63,420 bases of DNA, filler included, from Craspedostauros australis (GCA_030167865.1; 17 parts of 17 records of this genome joined end to end with filler, not necessarily neighbours in it), one strand, 5' to 3'. Shown: positions 1 through 13,458, counted from the whole stretch's first letter. The notes: generated by a model from the letters alone, not told the origin. Translations and numbers: made by a program.

Positions 1-3000
1 CTCCGTGAACTTGTGGAACTTATCGTCTGCGAGTGGCTTCGTCCAGAGGTCTGCGAGCTGGTCGTCGGTGTCGATGGCGTAGATCTCGATGAGTTTGCGA
101 TCCACGTACGATCGAAAATGGTGGTATTTGATGTTGATGTGCTTTGTTCGTGGTCGCATCTTTGGAAACTTGGCGATCTCGTAGGCGCCGGAGTTGTCCT
201 CGAATGCATTGCAGTACACCCTGGGCTTGTACTTCTCTGGTACGATCTCCCTGGCGCACATTTCGTTGAGCAGGTTCATCATTGGAATCACGTCGCGCAA
301 CGCTGTTGATAGTGCGATCACCTCGGCTTCGGTTGTGCTCAATGCGATCTCCGTCTGCAAGCGCGATGCCCATGCGATGGGGCATCCTGCAAATCGAATC
401 AGGTATCCGGTCCTTGATCTGGCTGTGGCTGAGTCTTCGGCTGCTGTGTCTCTGTTCCACAATCCCGCAAAGTCCGCATCTGCAAAGCATTCGAATGCCT
501 TGTCGTTGGGATTCAGGATGATGCCTTCGTCTCTGGTTGCCATCAGGTACCGCCCGATGAGGTTCACCGCTTGTGAGTGCGATTTCTTCGGATTGGCGCT
601 GAATCTGGCTGCTTGGTGCACAGCGTACCCGATCTCCCCGCGAGTGGATTTCTCCAGGAAGTTGAGCTTTCCGATGACTGATCGGTAGCTCCAGGTCGCT
701 TTGTGCTCCTCGCCATTCTCGTCTGCATCCAGGATCTTCGTCGTCATTGCCGGCGTGTCCCTGGGTCTGGTGTTTGGACGAAAATTCAGGTCTTTTACGA
801 TCTGATCGATGAGATGGGGCTGCGACAGTTTGATGCGTCCGTCCTCCAGATGAGTGACATGCACACCCAGGTAGTCCGTGAGATCCCCTTCGTCAGTGAT
901 GTTGAACCGCTGTTGCATTTGATTGAGAAGCTTGTCAATCTCTTCTGCGCTGGGTCCTGCAAGGATGCCGTCGTCCACATACACCAGAAACATTGTCTTT
1001 CCGTGGTAGTAGACGCATTCGTCAACTTTGCTCTGTGTGAATCCGATGTCGCACAATCCCCGGTGCAGGTGCTGGTTCCAGACTCGCCCGGCCTGCTTCT
1101 GGCCGTACAGGTTCTTCACCAGCTTCAGGACATAGTCCTTCGTGTCTCCCTCCCCGATGCTCACTCCCACTGGCACTTCCATGTAGATAGTTGTCTCCAC
1201 TTCTGCCTGAGGGTATGCGAGCACGAAATCGATCTGTCTTGTGTGCCATTTGTGCAGGATCGAGAGGATGAGGACGAGTCTGATGGACATCCAGGTAACA
1301 ACCGGGGCGTATGTCTCCCAGAAGTTCACTCCTTTGACCTGCTGGCCTCCATGGACGTTGAGCCTCGCTTTCCACTTGTACACCTCTCTGGTCTTGATTC
1401 GGCGTTTCCGCTTCATGGACCATACTGATGCGACCACCTTGGTACCTTCTGGCACTTCTGATCTCGGGACGACCTCCCAGTGGCCATTCTCGTGGTGAGC
1501 ATTGAGCTCCGCTTGCATTGCCTCCTTGAACTTCATCCGATCCGGTTGCTTCATTGCTTGGTGATAGTACATGGTGTCAGGGTCGGCTGATGCGGCGAAT
1601 GCGATTGGATCTGAGGTCTCGTTGGTGTCGAATCCTCTTCCATTTTCGAATGTGTTCGCCACCTCGAATGCGCTGGGCAGTGCGACGACTTCGGTGTCGC
1701 CATTCTCCCTCACCTTTCTGGATGGTGTCCGATGCCTGTTCGATCGACGCAGTCCTGTTGATTGGTCCTGCTGATTGCTGGCTGGTGGCTCCGTGGTGGC
1801 TGTGTCGCTGGGCGCTTCACCGATGTCGATGTTGTCACCCATTGTCGCCGTCGTTGCTTCGAACTCTTCGTCACCTTCCGGTTCGTCTGTGTTCGTATGC
1901 TGGTTTGTTGGCGATGTTGGCGTATCCGCGTCGGAGGACCCGCGTAACCCTTCGGTTGCGGTCACTCCCTTGGAGCGCTTGATCACTCCAGGCTTGCTGA
2001 TGCCTGCCAATTGCTTCCACCGGCCATGATTGGTGCCTGTGGTACCCACCACTGTCTCAAACATATCATCACACTTGACGTGGAATTGCGGCGACACCAG
2101 TCCGGTCCTTGGGTTGAGGATGAGTGCTACCGATCTTGCGTGCCGAGGAGAGAGTCCGAGGTAGATCCCGATCCTTGCCTTCGACATCCATTTTGGCTGT
2201 GATTGGCCATTGGCGAGTCGAGGGTTCAGGACATACGTTGGACATCCGAACGAATGAAAGTGCTTCAGCTGGGGCTTGATTGCGGACCCAGAGAATCGTT
2301 CAATTGGTGTGATGTGATTGATCACTGGATTCGGGGTGGCGTTCATCACCTCATTTGCCATGCGCAGGGCATACGGCCACAGTGAGATGGATGCGGCCTC
2401 CTTCCATCTGATGTGCATGTGCAGCAGCATTGTTCGAGCTGCCTCCTGCAGATCCCTGATGCGTTTCTCCGCCACTCCGTTTTGGAAGTGGGCGTAAGCG
2501 GCGCAAAAGGTGATGGTCTGGCCTGAGCGATCGACGTGCGAGAGGAATTTGTTCTCTGCGAATCGACCGTTGTCGGCATGATAGTGCCGAATCGTCACTC
2601 CGTAAGTCTTGGCGTAAGCCTCGAATGCTTGTTTGGCATGCAGGGTTTCTTCGGCGTTGGTGCTCTTCTGAAGGTGCACGTAGCTGAATCGACTGTGATG
2701 GTCAGTGAAGATGGTAGCTGCTCGGTACCGCTGGGTTGTCAGTCTGCCTTTGATCTGCCCGATGAACCCCTGTGTTGGTGACTCCATTTGGTCCACCGAC
2801 ACGCAGTCCCCAGGCCTGTTGATTGGCACAAGCTTGCTCACTTGCTGGTTGCCTCCCTTGGTCCGCCATGGCCGTCTGGTTGCCTTGCCATACTCACATG
2901 ATGCGCATGCAGGCAGTTGGCAGTCCCGGAACTTCGCAGGGATCTCTCCCTTGGAAGCCATGGTCCTCATCTTGTTGAAGGATACATGCCCAAGCTTGTA

Positions 3001-3002
3001 GT
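1..3002 (-). mobile_element. pol: Ty1/copia pol (integrase-RT-RNase H), 3' part; open frame runs off the left edge of the window
   Basis: Manual translation of the minus frame ending at base 1 gives YKLGHVSF..CASC (integrase Zn finger), HADNGRF, FQNGVAEKRIR, WKARLNVHGGQQ, QIDFVLAYPQA, LVYVDDGIL (RT) and QLADLWTKPL (RNase H). IN-RT-RH order indicates copia. The ORF track shows no stop-terminated ORF in this frame. Confidence 0.95.
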
Positions 3003-3716
3003 TATCAACATCTAGATCGAAATTAAGGTACCCATCTCACATGACTAAAACGTGACTCAATATTTTTGATTCGACTCGATTGGAGAGTATAGTCGGATGA
3101 GTCTTGATTACACGGATGATATCCAGTCACTACTGTCATCGGTCCTGACGTAGTCACTGACATCATCAATGACATCAGAGGATCAGTCAGTGTGATCCTC
3201 GGAATCGAGATTATATATTAGTCATGGTATGCTGACCTGTCTAGCATGACCGAATGCATCATCGAGCACGTGGCAACAATACTTAGGATCCAGAACAACA
3301 TCGTCAGGGATGATGCAAGCACCCCGCCGACGTAGACGGATCAACCCTTATGTAATCAAACAGAGATCAAGGCAGACAGGATCAGACAGAGATGAAGAAA
3401 GACCCAAAGGCGAGAATAACACGAGATATCGTGTAGACCGACATGCCATCTTGGGCAATGTTTTAGGAAAGACTGCGAGAGAAACCACGAGGTAATCGAG
3501 CAGCACATTAGAAACCCGTGCAATAGGCACCATCATTAGCAATAGGAGATCATTATCTCATAATCCAAACTCAATCATCAATTGACACACCAACTAATAG
3601 CAACAACAACAACACCAAACACACCAACTCCACCTCTTGGCTTGATCACCCTGGCGGCGTAGTAAGTGCAGTGTTTGGTGCTCCCATCTTGTCCTGTGTG
3701 TAATTGCTGATTATCA
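3003..3716. mobile_element. 714-bp non-coding insertion, probable solo LTR with TA...CA termini
   Basis: Flanked by a 5-bp direct repeat GTAGT (2998-3002 and 3717-3721). Removing it plus one copy restores the host frame ADMLRLHY-KLGHVSF. TATA-like TTATATATTA near 3211. Confidence 0.85.
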
Positions 3717-3831
3717 GTAGTGCAGCCTGAGCATGTCTGCTGTTGGGGTAGAGCTGTACTCCGAGGTAGCATCGATGGGTGCTCTGTAGGGCACATCCCT
3801 GAAGTCGATCTGCGTAGGCTCCTTGCTGAGT
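3717..3831 (-). mobile_element. Upstream continuation of the interrupted copia pol (pre-integrase region)
   Basis: Translates LSKEPTQIDFRDVPY...PTADMLRLHY, which joins KLGH across the insertion. Confidence 0.85.
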
Positions 3832-3931
3832 NNNNNNNNNNNNNNNNNNNNNNNNNNNNNNNNNNNNNNNNNNNNTTAATTAATTAANNNNNNNNNNNNN
3901 NNNNNNNNNNNNNNNNNNNNNNNNNNNNNNN
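3832..3931. other. Artificial contig spacer 44N-TTAATTAATTAA-44N; first of 16, the others starting at 11405, 13359, 15640, 18028, 20817, 24325, 28296, 37959, 39206, 40591, 42711, 44667, 47149, 51099 and 60884
   Basis: Identical 100-nt layout each time, with stop codons in all six frames. Confidence 0.98.
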
Positions 3932-4264
3932 GACGACGTCGCCGGGAGAGGCGAATCCAAATGTCTCCGCCCTTTTTTGGTAGTCGGGTGGGAGGGCAGC
4001 ATCGCTGCTGGTGGTCTTGCTCACACTGTCATTTGTGTGAGAGCCAGAACTTGGATCGGCAGTGGCGAGGAGACCGAAGATTGACGCGGATGTGGTTGTT
4101 GGAGCTGACGATGCTGACGAGGATGGTTGCGAAAGCACGATGGATTGATCAGGCGTGACCGCTGAGTGATAACCGATGTATGGTTGAACGTGGAAGGCGT
4201 TGGACGAGGGCAATGACGCCATTGAAATCAGCAGTGCTGAAACGAAAATCATGGTGCTCATCAT
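3932..4264 (-). CDS. N-terminus of a putative plastid-targeted protein, truncated by the contig end
   Basis: MMSTMIFVSALLISMASLPSSNA-F: signal peptide with an ASAFAP-type cleavage site, then an S/T-rich transit peptide. Confidence 0.6.
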
Positions 4265-4986
4265 GAAGCAGAAGAAGAGAACGTTGATTGGATCCAGTGC
4301 ATGTATTATGAGGTTTGATGACCACGAGCCAAGGAAAATGGGAGTGGTGACGGCGATGCTGGTGATGAGAGAATGAATGATTTGTGTGAATGATTGCAAC
4401 AGGTCTCGAATGGATACAATTTGGTACTGGCGCGGCGTCAGCATGGTGTAAGACAGATGCAAACAGAACCTCTGCAAAGCGAAGAAACATGGAAAAACCG
4501 AACCTCCCGATGAGAGGCTCATACCCAGAACTCCATCGAACACGGGACTGAAAAAGGCCTACAGAATCATCCGATTCTCCTATTCGTGACCCATCACACA
4601 TCCGTGACTGATGTACATTCAACAAGCCTCGAAAGAACGGGAAAATAGAGGGACGGATCTTCACGCAACGACCCTATTCCCTCTGGTTCATTGGAATCCC
4701 CGACGCGTATCTCAACATCTTCATCAGCGTCAGCATCATCGGTATAGCCGCGGACATCTTGGGTATCCTCCAGAAGAGTGTGCGACAGTGCTCCGTCATA
4801 GCGGCCCGACTCCTTGTCAACAAGATCCGAATCAGACAAGCACCACCAACACGCACGCACACACACACGGACACAGGCACAGCTGGAAGAATCGCAGTGC
4901 TTTCCGATTGATTCTGCCGGTCTCCACCCACCGAGCTCCGCCACATCCCAAGTTCGAACGACAAAGTCGCGTGGAAAGATACTGAA

Positions 4987-5367
4987 ATGATGAGACGTTA
5001 CATCACAGTGCGAGTGATGGCCGCACTGGCGCTGTCATTCCCCGCCCATGATCTCGCATCGTGCTTTGTCATCGTCGCTGGCACGCATTCACATCCTCGG
5101 TCTCATACAAAGCTGGAGGTACCAACGCCAACCTCAAGCGCAACCCCAGCATCACCATGCGCAACAAGCACACCAGTGATGACGACTTTTTCCTCGCAAA
5201 GATCTCAACTTCTGTCGTGCCATTCAAAGGTCCAGTCGCGATCATATCAATCCCTTCTTTCGCTGAGGGCAACGGCTGATGATACGCCACTTGATGCTGA
5301 TGCTGAAACCACCGAAAACGCAGCGACTTTGCCTTCCATCCATACGTGGTTGGAGCTACGAGGATAA
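4987..5367 (+). CDS. Short ORF resembling a bipartite plastid presequence; possible first exon or gene fragment
   Basis: Hydrophobic leader ending ASC-F, an S/T/P-rich transit region ending LSLRAT, then only about 30 aa before a stop. Confidence 0.35.
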   Translation: MMRRYITVRVMAALALSFPAHDLASCFVIVAGTHSHPRSHTKLEVPTPTSSATPASPCATSTPVMTTFSSQRSQLLSCHSKVQSRSYQSLLSLRATADDTPLDADAETTENAATLPSIHTWLELRG

Positions 5368-5542
5368 GACTAGATGTAGAGTGTTGTAAAATAAATGTCT
5401 ACGTTCCGGAGCATTGAATAACGCTGCCCTGCAGAATTCATTCCCAGTTGCAGGTTGCTACTCACCACTCACCACTCAACACATGGATTACCCAAGCATG
5501 AGTATCGCGGCCACATCGTCATCATACTCGTATCCACCATGC

Positions 5543-8057
5543 TCATGGCTGCTTCGATCCCTCACTTTGGCTCTCGCCCGATCTGATCTTGGATGCATCG
5601 CCACTTTGGAACTGTTGATGATGATGCTGCCTCTGCTGAAGTTGTTGCAACACCAACACCTGTTCCAGAATGCCGGATGCCCCCAAGGCTGAGGGATTCA
5701 ATTGTGCTTGTGGCTGTGCCTGTGGCAATCCTTGCGAGGAACGGAGCAAGGATAGCGCAGCACCCGGAAGCTGCAGATGAGGTAGTCCTGGCGTGGTTGA
5801 TGCCGGTGGCTGCACTGCGGCTGGAGCTTGAGGCTGTGTGCCGTTCGCTGCACTTCTGAGCAACGCCACCAAGGCCGACGAATGCGATGTCGCACGTGGT
5901 TCTGCCGCGCTGAGACTTCCGGTTATGGTTGCGTTCTCCCCCGCGTTCGTTGCTGCGGGTGCTTGCGACTGCGACTGCGCTTGTGCTGAATGCTGCTGCA
6001 TTTGTTGTTTGAGCTGCTGAGCGAGGAGTTGAAGGTGCTGGGACTGCGACGATGGCTGTGGTTGCGTCTGCTGCTGCGCTGTGCCGCTTGCTGATGCTGA
6101 CGCGCCTTTGCTCGCGCTTGTGTCTTCCGCCGCGGCATTTATCGTTGTTGTCGCTTGGTGCTGCTGCTGTTGCTGCTGTTCCAGAAGTGCCTGCAACGCC
6201 GTTGACGTATCAGATGGAATCAACGGATTCGCAGAGCTGGCAAGAAGGTCACCGACGGATTGCTGCTGTGCCAGCAACAGTGGATTCAACCCACCCAATT
6301 GCTGTGCCAGAAGCAAGGACTGTTGCTGCTGTTGTTGTTGCTGTTGTTGCTGTAGAACGGACGCAAGCAACGATCGCTGTGTCGCCATCTCCGTCGGCTG
6401 TCCGAGTTGTGATAGTGCCAACAGCCTTTCCATAGAATTCTGCTGTGGTTGAAGATGGGCAAGCAAGGCACCGGGATTGCGTTGGAGCAAGCCAAGAGAG
6501 TTGCCGCCTGATAGCCGTTGCAGCAGCTGCTGTTGCGCAAGTTGCTGTTGGAGTTGGAGATGAAACGGAGACTGATTCTGTTGTCCCAACTGCTGCTGTT
6601 GTCCCAACTGCTGCTGTTGTTGCTGTTGTTGTTGCTGCTCCATGGCGACACCCCGAGCAAAGGCATCCAATGTCTGTTGTCGGGTCTGCTGTTGTGATTG
6701 ATTGTCAGATGGGAATTGAGACTGGCTGGCCGAGGCTGCCTGGACACGATGGGGGGTACTCGCGCCAGTCTCCGCATGCGCTGATCGCGGTGGTGATAAT
6801 GACGATGAAGACATTGCCACCGTCGCAGCGGCCGCACCAGTGGCGGCACTGGGCCTTGCCAACGGCGGTTCGTCCCTCACCTTCAGTTTCTCACGAGTGA
6901 TTCTGATGCATAGATCGATCCTGTCCTTGACGAAGTACGGATGCGATATGGAGCTTTGCTGACGTTTGCCACCTCTGGTGGCGTTGAAGCCCCAAAGGTT
7001 GAGTTGCCGTTGGAATGACTTGTACCGCGATTGCTTGAAGTAGCGTGGCACTGCTCATGTCAGAGCAATTCAGTGCATGGCGCACGAGTACGGTATTGGC
7101 ATCGAATGACGGTTGTGAGAAGGTTGCAATTTGGCAACGTTGTTGATACAAGTGCAGGTGCAGTTGGATGGCATTTGATTTCGTTCCGTTTGATGCCATG
7201 CCATGCGTGAGAAGTTGGATGTGATGCAAGGTGTGAGTTGGTTGTGAGTTGGTTATGAGTGATGTTTCAACACAGCGATTGCATGTTGCACCAGTCTTGG
7301 TCCCCAAGAAAGGGTCGCCACACGGCGTCACTGGCATGATGATCACGATCACGTTGGTCAATGTTGCATGTCCAGTCGTTTGCATCTCCAGTGGTCTCGA
7401 AACGAATGCCAAGCACCAATAGTCGGTCACCAATCGTCCAACGACCAGTCACCAACCAGCTAACTTACGGATGATATTCATGAATCTGTCGCGGTCTCGA
7501 ATGACGAAGGAACGGCCGTCAGGCGACCAGCCCACGATGTCATCGTCGCCCTCTGTTTCTGCGGCTTCCAGCATCTTGTGAAGCTTGAAGGGGAAATGCA
7601 GGAAGGACGGCGATGATGTTGGCAACGCCGTGGGAGGCGATGGGCCTGATGGCAATGCTGCTGCTGCTGATGATGATGGCATTGCTGATGCCACTTGCTG
7701 CCGCTTGTCGCCGCGAGCTCGATTCGTTTCGTATTCATCATTGCCACGATCGTGGACTTGATCGACGCTGCCGCTGGCAGATGTTGTCGGGGCGCTTTTC
7801 GCTTGCTTGAGTTTCTGCTTCTGCTTCTTCATCTTGAGCCGTCTCTTGTCCTTCTTCATCTTGATCTTCATCTTCGGACTGCCGTCCATGCGGGATTTGT
7901 TTGTTGGCCTTGCATCGCTCCCATCGTCATTGCTGCCATGGTCGTCATTGCTGCTGGAGCAGCTGTCTTCTTCGCCGGCCTTTGCAGGTCCTTTCTTTTC
8001 ATTCCTCGCAGCCATGGAACCGTGCAAGCTCTTGCGCTTTCTGCCGCCTTTGTCCAT
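5543..8057 (-). CDS. HSF: Heat-shock transcription factor (HSF DNA-binding domain), 2 exons: 8057-7469 and 7050-5543, about 698 aa, Q-rich C-terminus
   Basis: FPFKLHKML..IVGWSPDGRSFVI in exon 1 joins LPRYFKQSRYKSFQRQLNLWGF..HPYF in exon 2 across a 418-bp phase-1 GTAAGT...CAG intron (7468-7051). Confidence 0.93.
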
Positions 8058-11000
8058 GACGGCGTGGCTGTGATGTGGTGATGGGTTGGCTTGTCAGATC
8101 CTGCGAGCTAAGTGGAGTAGAGTACTCGAAGTAAGTGGTTGTCGTCAGGGTGGGCAGGGTGGTCAGGCTTGTCAGAGTTTGGTGCTTTCGTTGAGATAGA
8201 AGCGTCTGCTTATTGAGATGGTTGTGGCTGTGGGTGTGGCTGAGGAAGCAGGCAGCTTGATGGATGGACGAGGGTCCGAATCACAGGTCAGAGTGGATTG
8301 CAACCACGGCGCGTCGAAGTATCAACAGCAGCAGTCGCAGCAGCAGTAGGAGCAGCGGTGGGAGTATGGCACAACCTATGAAGATCCAGTGGTTGACCGA
8401 CCCACGCTGACAGGCGAGATGGGAAGGCAACTTGGAGTTGTACCTACGCTCTGCGAACGGAGATGGCGAAGCCGGAGAGCGAAGATGATTGTGACGGTTG
8501 TGAGGGAGTGAAGCAGGTGGGCACTTCAGAGCGTAGGATGCAGAGCGTAGGACGCAGAGCGTGGTGTGGAAGATAGGAGAGTGCAGGTATTCGTGTGTTT
8601 AGAGTGCAGAGCATGTAGAGTGCCAATACTTGAATACTTGGACAGCGCTCCACGCTCGTCTTGCTCTACTCTACTCGTACTCTGTTCGTGCTCTACCCTG
8701 CTTTACTCTGCTCTGCTCTACTCTGATCTGTTCGTTTCTCCTGGGTTTTGGGGACGGGTTCTTTGTTCCTCTGTGATTGCCGTTGACCCTTTGTGGTGTT
8801 TCGTCTTTGCTTTGTTCCTTGCTTTGTCTGTGTGTTTCGCCGTTGTGAATGCACGAGCTATCGCAGGTATGAGCATGGTCCTCTGCTCGTATGTTTGTAT
8901 GACATTGGTAACGGCGAAGGTGAGGGCGATGACCGAAAGAGAAAGGAGGCACAAGGAAGCCAGAAATAGGCAGAAAAGCCAAAACCAAGACCAACTTGCC
9001 TCGCAGTACTGCGTTATTGTTGTTGTTGTCGTTGTTCTGACTTTTCGTTGTTGGGAATCTCGTGGTTGTGCCTGCTCTATTCTCGTCCACTGTGCGAGCT
9101 ATTCCTCCGTCTTGTCGTCTTCGCCACAAGTTGGCTGGATGGAGAGAATGGTGAATGTTCGTCAACGGTTCCTGTATCGTGGGGTGACACGCGCTCTCCC
9201 ATGAGCGCCAACAGAACGTTACTCGGCGTCGCTCTTGTCCACCCACGCGGTATCTGCATTGATACGGGAATGTGCCCTCACTCGCCATGCGTACCAAACA
9301 CGATCTCAGGACAAATTGGCGGAGCCCACAACACCACCACCAACAACGACAACGACATCATCGCCATCGACAACCAAACCTGCAAAGGGCGATGGTAGAA
9401 AGCGTGCACCACCACAGAACACCGAATGGTCCATTGCGGCGCGAAGAACAAAGCCCAGTCCCTCCTCAAAGGAACCGGGAAAATGTCTCTGCGAAACCGA
9501 TTATAAACGCCCCAAACCACCACGTCAAACACCCAACAGAAACACAAGTAAACGACACCCATCGAACTCCAACCCCGCCAACTTCACCGAACAAACAACC
9601 AAATGATCAGACCAAACGATGACGAGATGGTCGAGAGGTTCGGGACACTCGAATAGATCGTACTTGACCAGGCCAATGGATGGACGCCTCTTGATCCATC
9701 CATCTCCCGACTGCCTGAACAAGTGACTATCATTTTTTTCCGTTTCGAACGGAGCATACTCGGTACCTGCGACAAGCGACAACGTCACTCGCGATGATGA
9801 TGAGGAGGAGGAGGAGGGAGACAGTGGTGTTGGTAACAGGGATGAGAGCAAATGGGGAGAAAAACAGCGAACTGCGAAAGATCGGAGAGTTCACCAGCGA
9901 GGCACTTTCTGAGGGGGCATTCCCCCATCATTTGAAAGTCCCGCGCGTATTTATGAACAAGGCGAAGAGGTCGCAACTCTTTCACGCCACACACAATCGC
10001 ACACACAATCAAGAACACAACTGCAACTCGCCCATGCTATGTACTACGAAAATCGCCACCTCAGAGAAGCCGTATAATTGTTGTGTCACGATGGAATTCG
10101 GAAAGGTCCAAAAACTCAGGTGGGTGCGTTAACACGAGACGAGTCATCCATTCGTTGTTCTGCTTCGCATAAAAGAGCTTCCAAGCGATTCAGACAGACG
10201 CTGGATACAATACGAATACCACACGAATGATGTTGGTCGGCGAAATTCGGTGGGAGATGATGTCGAATTCGACAAGCGAGGGAGAATGCGCAGTTGTTCT
10301 TGTCACAGTCCTGCATCGTCTTGTAGTGTACTGTACCACTGCACGCGGTGTCACATGGTGCTCTGCCCCGCTTTACCAGTACTCTCTTCTATTTTTGTTG
10401 TTCGTTTGTTATTGTGGGGCTATGGTCAGAGGGTGGTACCTCTTCATGGCACATCCACACTGTACTCAACTACTCGTATTAGCAGTCGTACGTAATAGGT
10501 TGTACCAGACATGCTTGTACTCGATTCCTATTGACGCAGCGCGATGCAAGATGAGATTGCCGAAGTGCTTCACTCCACGCTGCTCCGTCCTACTCCACCT
10601 CACTCAACCTTACTCCACTCAATCCGCAATGCAAACCAACAGAGGCCCTTCTTGTTGGTAATCTTCCATCGACCAGAGTCTCAGATGGTTGTTCTGCATG
10701 GACGGGAAGAGCTCGTGTGAATGAAATGCACGCGAGTACTCTGAGAAAGCGGGATCAAGTCTCGCGCAAAGCGCGGTTGGAGATTTGGTCCTTCGATGAG
10801 TCTCCAGCTTGACCTTGAGCTCGAGGTTAGGCATGGACTTGGATGCCGTGTTGTCTCTCCCGTTCTGCCGTTCATGGCAATGGCGACGGTGGCGGCGATG
10901 GTGGCCACATCGGCTCTGTCGCAACAGCAACCAACTACGACTGCTCATGTTCGGACCGCCCAACCTCTGTCTTTTCGCGACATTCGACATTCGACATCGC

Positions 11001-11504
11001 GACCGCGTTGGTAGGTAATCGTGAGGAGTACTCGGAAGTATGGCCAGGATGGTTACCATACACCCACTCCCATTCATGCTTACTTTGCAAGCCGTGCACC
11101 AGGAGTATGTACCATCGATCGTACGTAACAGTCTCGCACACGACAGAGCAACCCCCTTGCATCAATACCATACCAGCCGCTACTTCTATCGTCGAATGCG
11201 AACATGATGGAATGGATCCTACAAGCACCTTCGTCGCTCCATACCTCCAATCGCCACTACTCAGCGAATGCCACAGTCGCAATGGTATGCCCACTCGTAT
11301 CCAAAGATCAAGATATCAAACTCTTGGCTCCTCAGGTCATGTCTGTGCCAATGGTTCACTTCCTCTCTGATGCCATGGGCTTGGCCTCTCCTTCACGACC
11401 GCTCNNNNNNNNNNNNNNNNNNNNNNNNNNNNNNNNNNNNNNNNNNNNTTAATTAATTAANNNNNNNNNNNNNNNNNNNNNNNNNNNNNNNNNNNNNNNN
11501 NNNN

Positions 11505-13358
11505 GGCTGCTGTTTGCATTTTTCGTGATGCCTCGGTGTTGACGAGTGCACCTGATCGAAGTAGAAATTGCACGCGTCGGAAGGAGAGGTGCCCGAGTTG
11601 GTAGTGCCACTTGAGGAGTTCCTTCTGTGGTTGGCTCAGATTTTGGTTGTGTTGTGCCACAGAAGTGATGGTTGTTGTGAGCGCGGCTGGCACGTCGGAG
11701 AGGTCGCCTGTGCGGTAGGCACGTGATGTGGGAAGACGATTTGTTTTCCGGTTGTGGGCGATGATGGATCCTCGTTCTTCATTTCCTGGGATACCGCTCA
11801 GCTTGATGTTGGTAGCTTCCACGATGATGTTCTCTCCTTTGTACTGATGAAGGAGGCTTGTGGTGCTGATGAGTTTGACGGATGATCCAGGTACGTAGAA
11901 GGCCGGGAGACGCAAGGATCGTGGCTTGCCGTTGGTGTCGAGGATCGACCACTCNACTNTACCCTTCGTNTTGACTTTGGTGCGACGCAAGAACCCGTTA
12001 AGGAAGGTCGGTGTTGTTGGTGCAGAGGTGGGGCCCACAAAATCGTTCATGTCATTGGTGACACAGATGGAGGCACCGGTGTCCCACACTACATCGAAGG
12101 AGCCACCGCTTGGGATGACCTCCTCTACCTTGTGAGGCGCGGCGAAGGCGTGTTTACACCCGAAGATGGCCGTGAGGGTGTAATAAGCATTGGTAAATAC
12201 GTTGGTGTTTGCATGTTCACTTGATCGTGCTTCGCAGCGTTGGTTGGGTGGACGAGCGGGACTGGGCGTATGCTTCGCGCGACAGGAGTTTTGGCTTGTA
12301 CCTTTGCATCGGCGAACCCGTCGAGTTTTGTTTCGGTGGTTCGCACGTGGAGCGTCGAATTTTGCGATGGTGGTGCGTTTGTCGTGGAGGAAGTGTTTGA
12401 AGTCGTCGTTGCCAAACACAGAGTCGTACAGACTGTCTGCTGGCGTGGCTGGATGGTGGTAGAAGCGTTGGTGTGCTTTAAAACGCTTTCGTTGTTTCTT
12501 CTTCCAGACGTTGGTTGCATGGCTTGTTCGGGCCGAAGTGGGTTGGTAATGGCGTGGAACACTGGCGTGGAGGGCGAATAGCACAATGGCTGTTGTCATC
12601 CACATCATGGTACTCATCACGTACCAGCCACACTCAATGCCGAGCACGGCGATTTGCACTGAACAGAGGGCGAGGAAGGATCCGGTCAAGATGTTGACGG
12701 TGTCGAAGGAGGTGAAGGCTTTCCAAACGGCTGTCCACCAGGCAAGTTCGCTCACGTGTGCTTCCGCGGACAGGCAGGTCCAGGCAGCATGGTCGATTTC
12801 GAGCTGTGGGCTTTTGGGCTTTCGCTGGAAGTCGTCGATGTGGCCAGCTGTGCCGTGGGAGATGCGCCAGTGGCGGCACTTCGCACACCAGTGGAAGGTC
12901 TTGTCGTTCATGAGCTTCTGTTGTGGCTCACCCTTCCTTGGGGGTGTTGTGATCCAGGGGTCCTTCTTTGGTTGTGCTCTCTTCGTGGTTGACTTGTTCT
13001 TGGCACCCTGTCGCTTGCCTCCTCTGTGCTGTTCCAGAAGACGGGCTTCCTTCGTAGTTGAGGTGTGGTTTGCGTGCATGCGAGGGGTGTTTCGATCACG
13101 AGAGTGCCTGTTGGCGTGCCAGGAGTTTCCCTGTAGCTCGTCGAGATAGGCATTCTCAGCTACGCTGCAGATGTCCATCCAGGTGAGGTCCTCACGGAGC
13201 AGGTGAGGCTCCGCTCGCTCGTAGGTCTTGAGGGACTTGTCTTCGATCAGTCGTCTGAGTCGATCGCTGATGTTGAGGATTCGATGACGGTATCGTTCTC
13301 CTGACGTGGTTCTTCCTCCTGCCATGAAGAAGTTGTCTGTCATGGTACGGAGAAGCGA
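11505..13358 (-). mobile_element. Ty1/copia (CoDi-type) gag-pol fragment: Gag C-terminus, protease, start of integrase
   Basis: FHWCAKC..W..SH...H knuckle, VVWDTGASIC aspartic protease motif and QKELLKWHYQLGH in one open frame across the contig. Confidence 0.92.
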
Positions 13359-13458
13359 NNNNNNNNNNNNNNNNNNNNNNNNNNNNNNNNNNNNNNNNNN
13401 NNTTAATTAATTAANNNNNNNNNNNNNNNNNNNNNNNNNNNNNNNNNNNNNNNNNNNN

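Noticed and set aside
3876..3887. Recurrent palindrome TTAATTAATTAA as a biological repeat or CRISPR-like array
   Set aside because: It is always centred in 44N+44N, so it is an assembly linker. Adjacency across it carries no synteny information.
8444..11404. Many 60-210 aa ORFs upstream of the HSF gene
   Set aside because: No recognisable motifs or consistent coding bias; the region is microsatellite-rich intergenic DNA. A small or spliced gene cannot be excluded.
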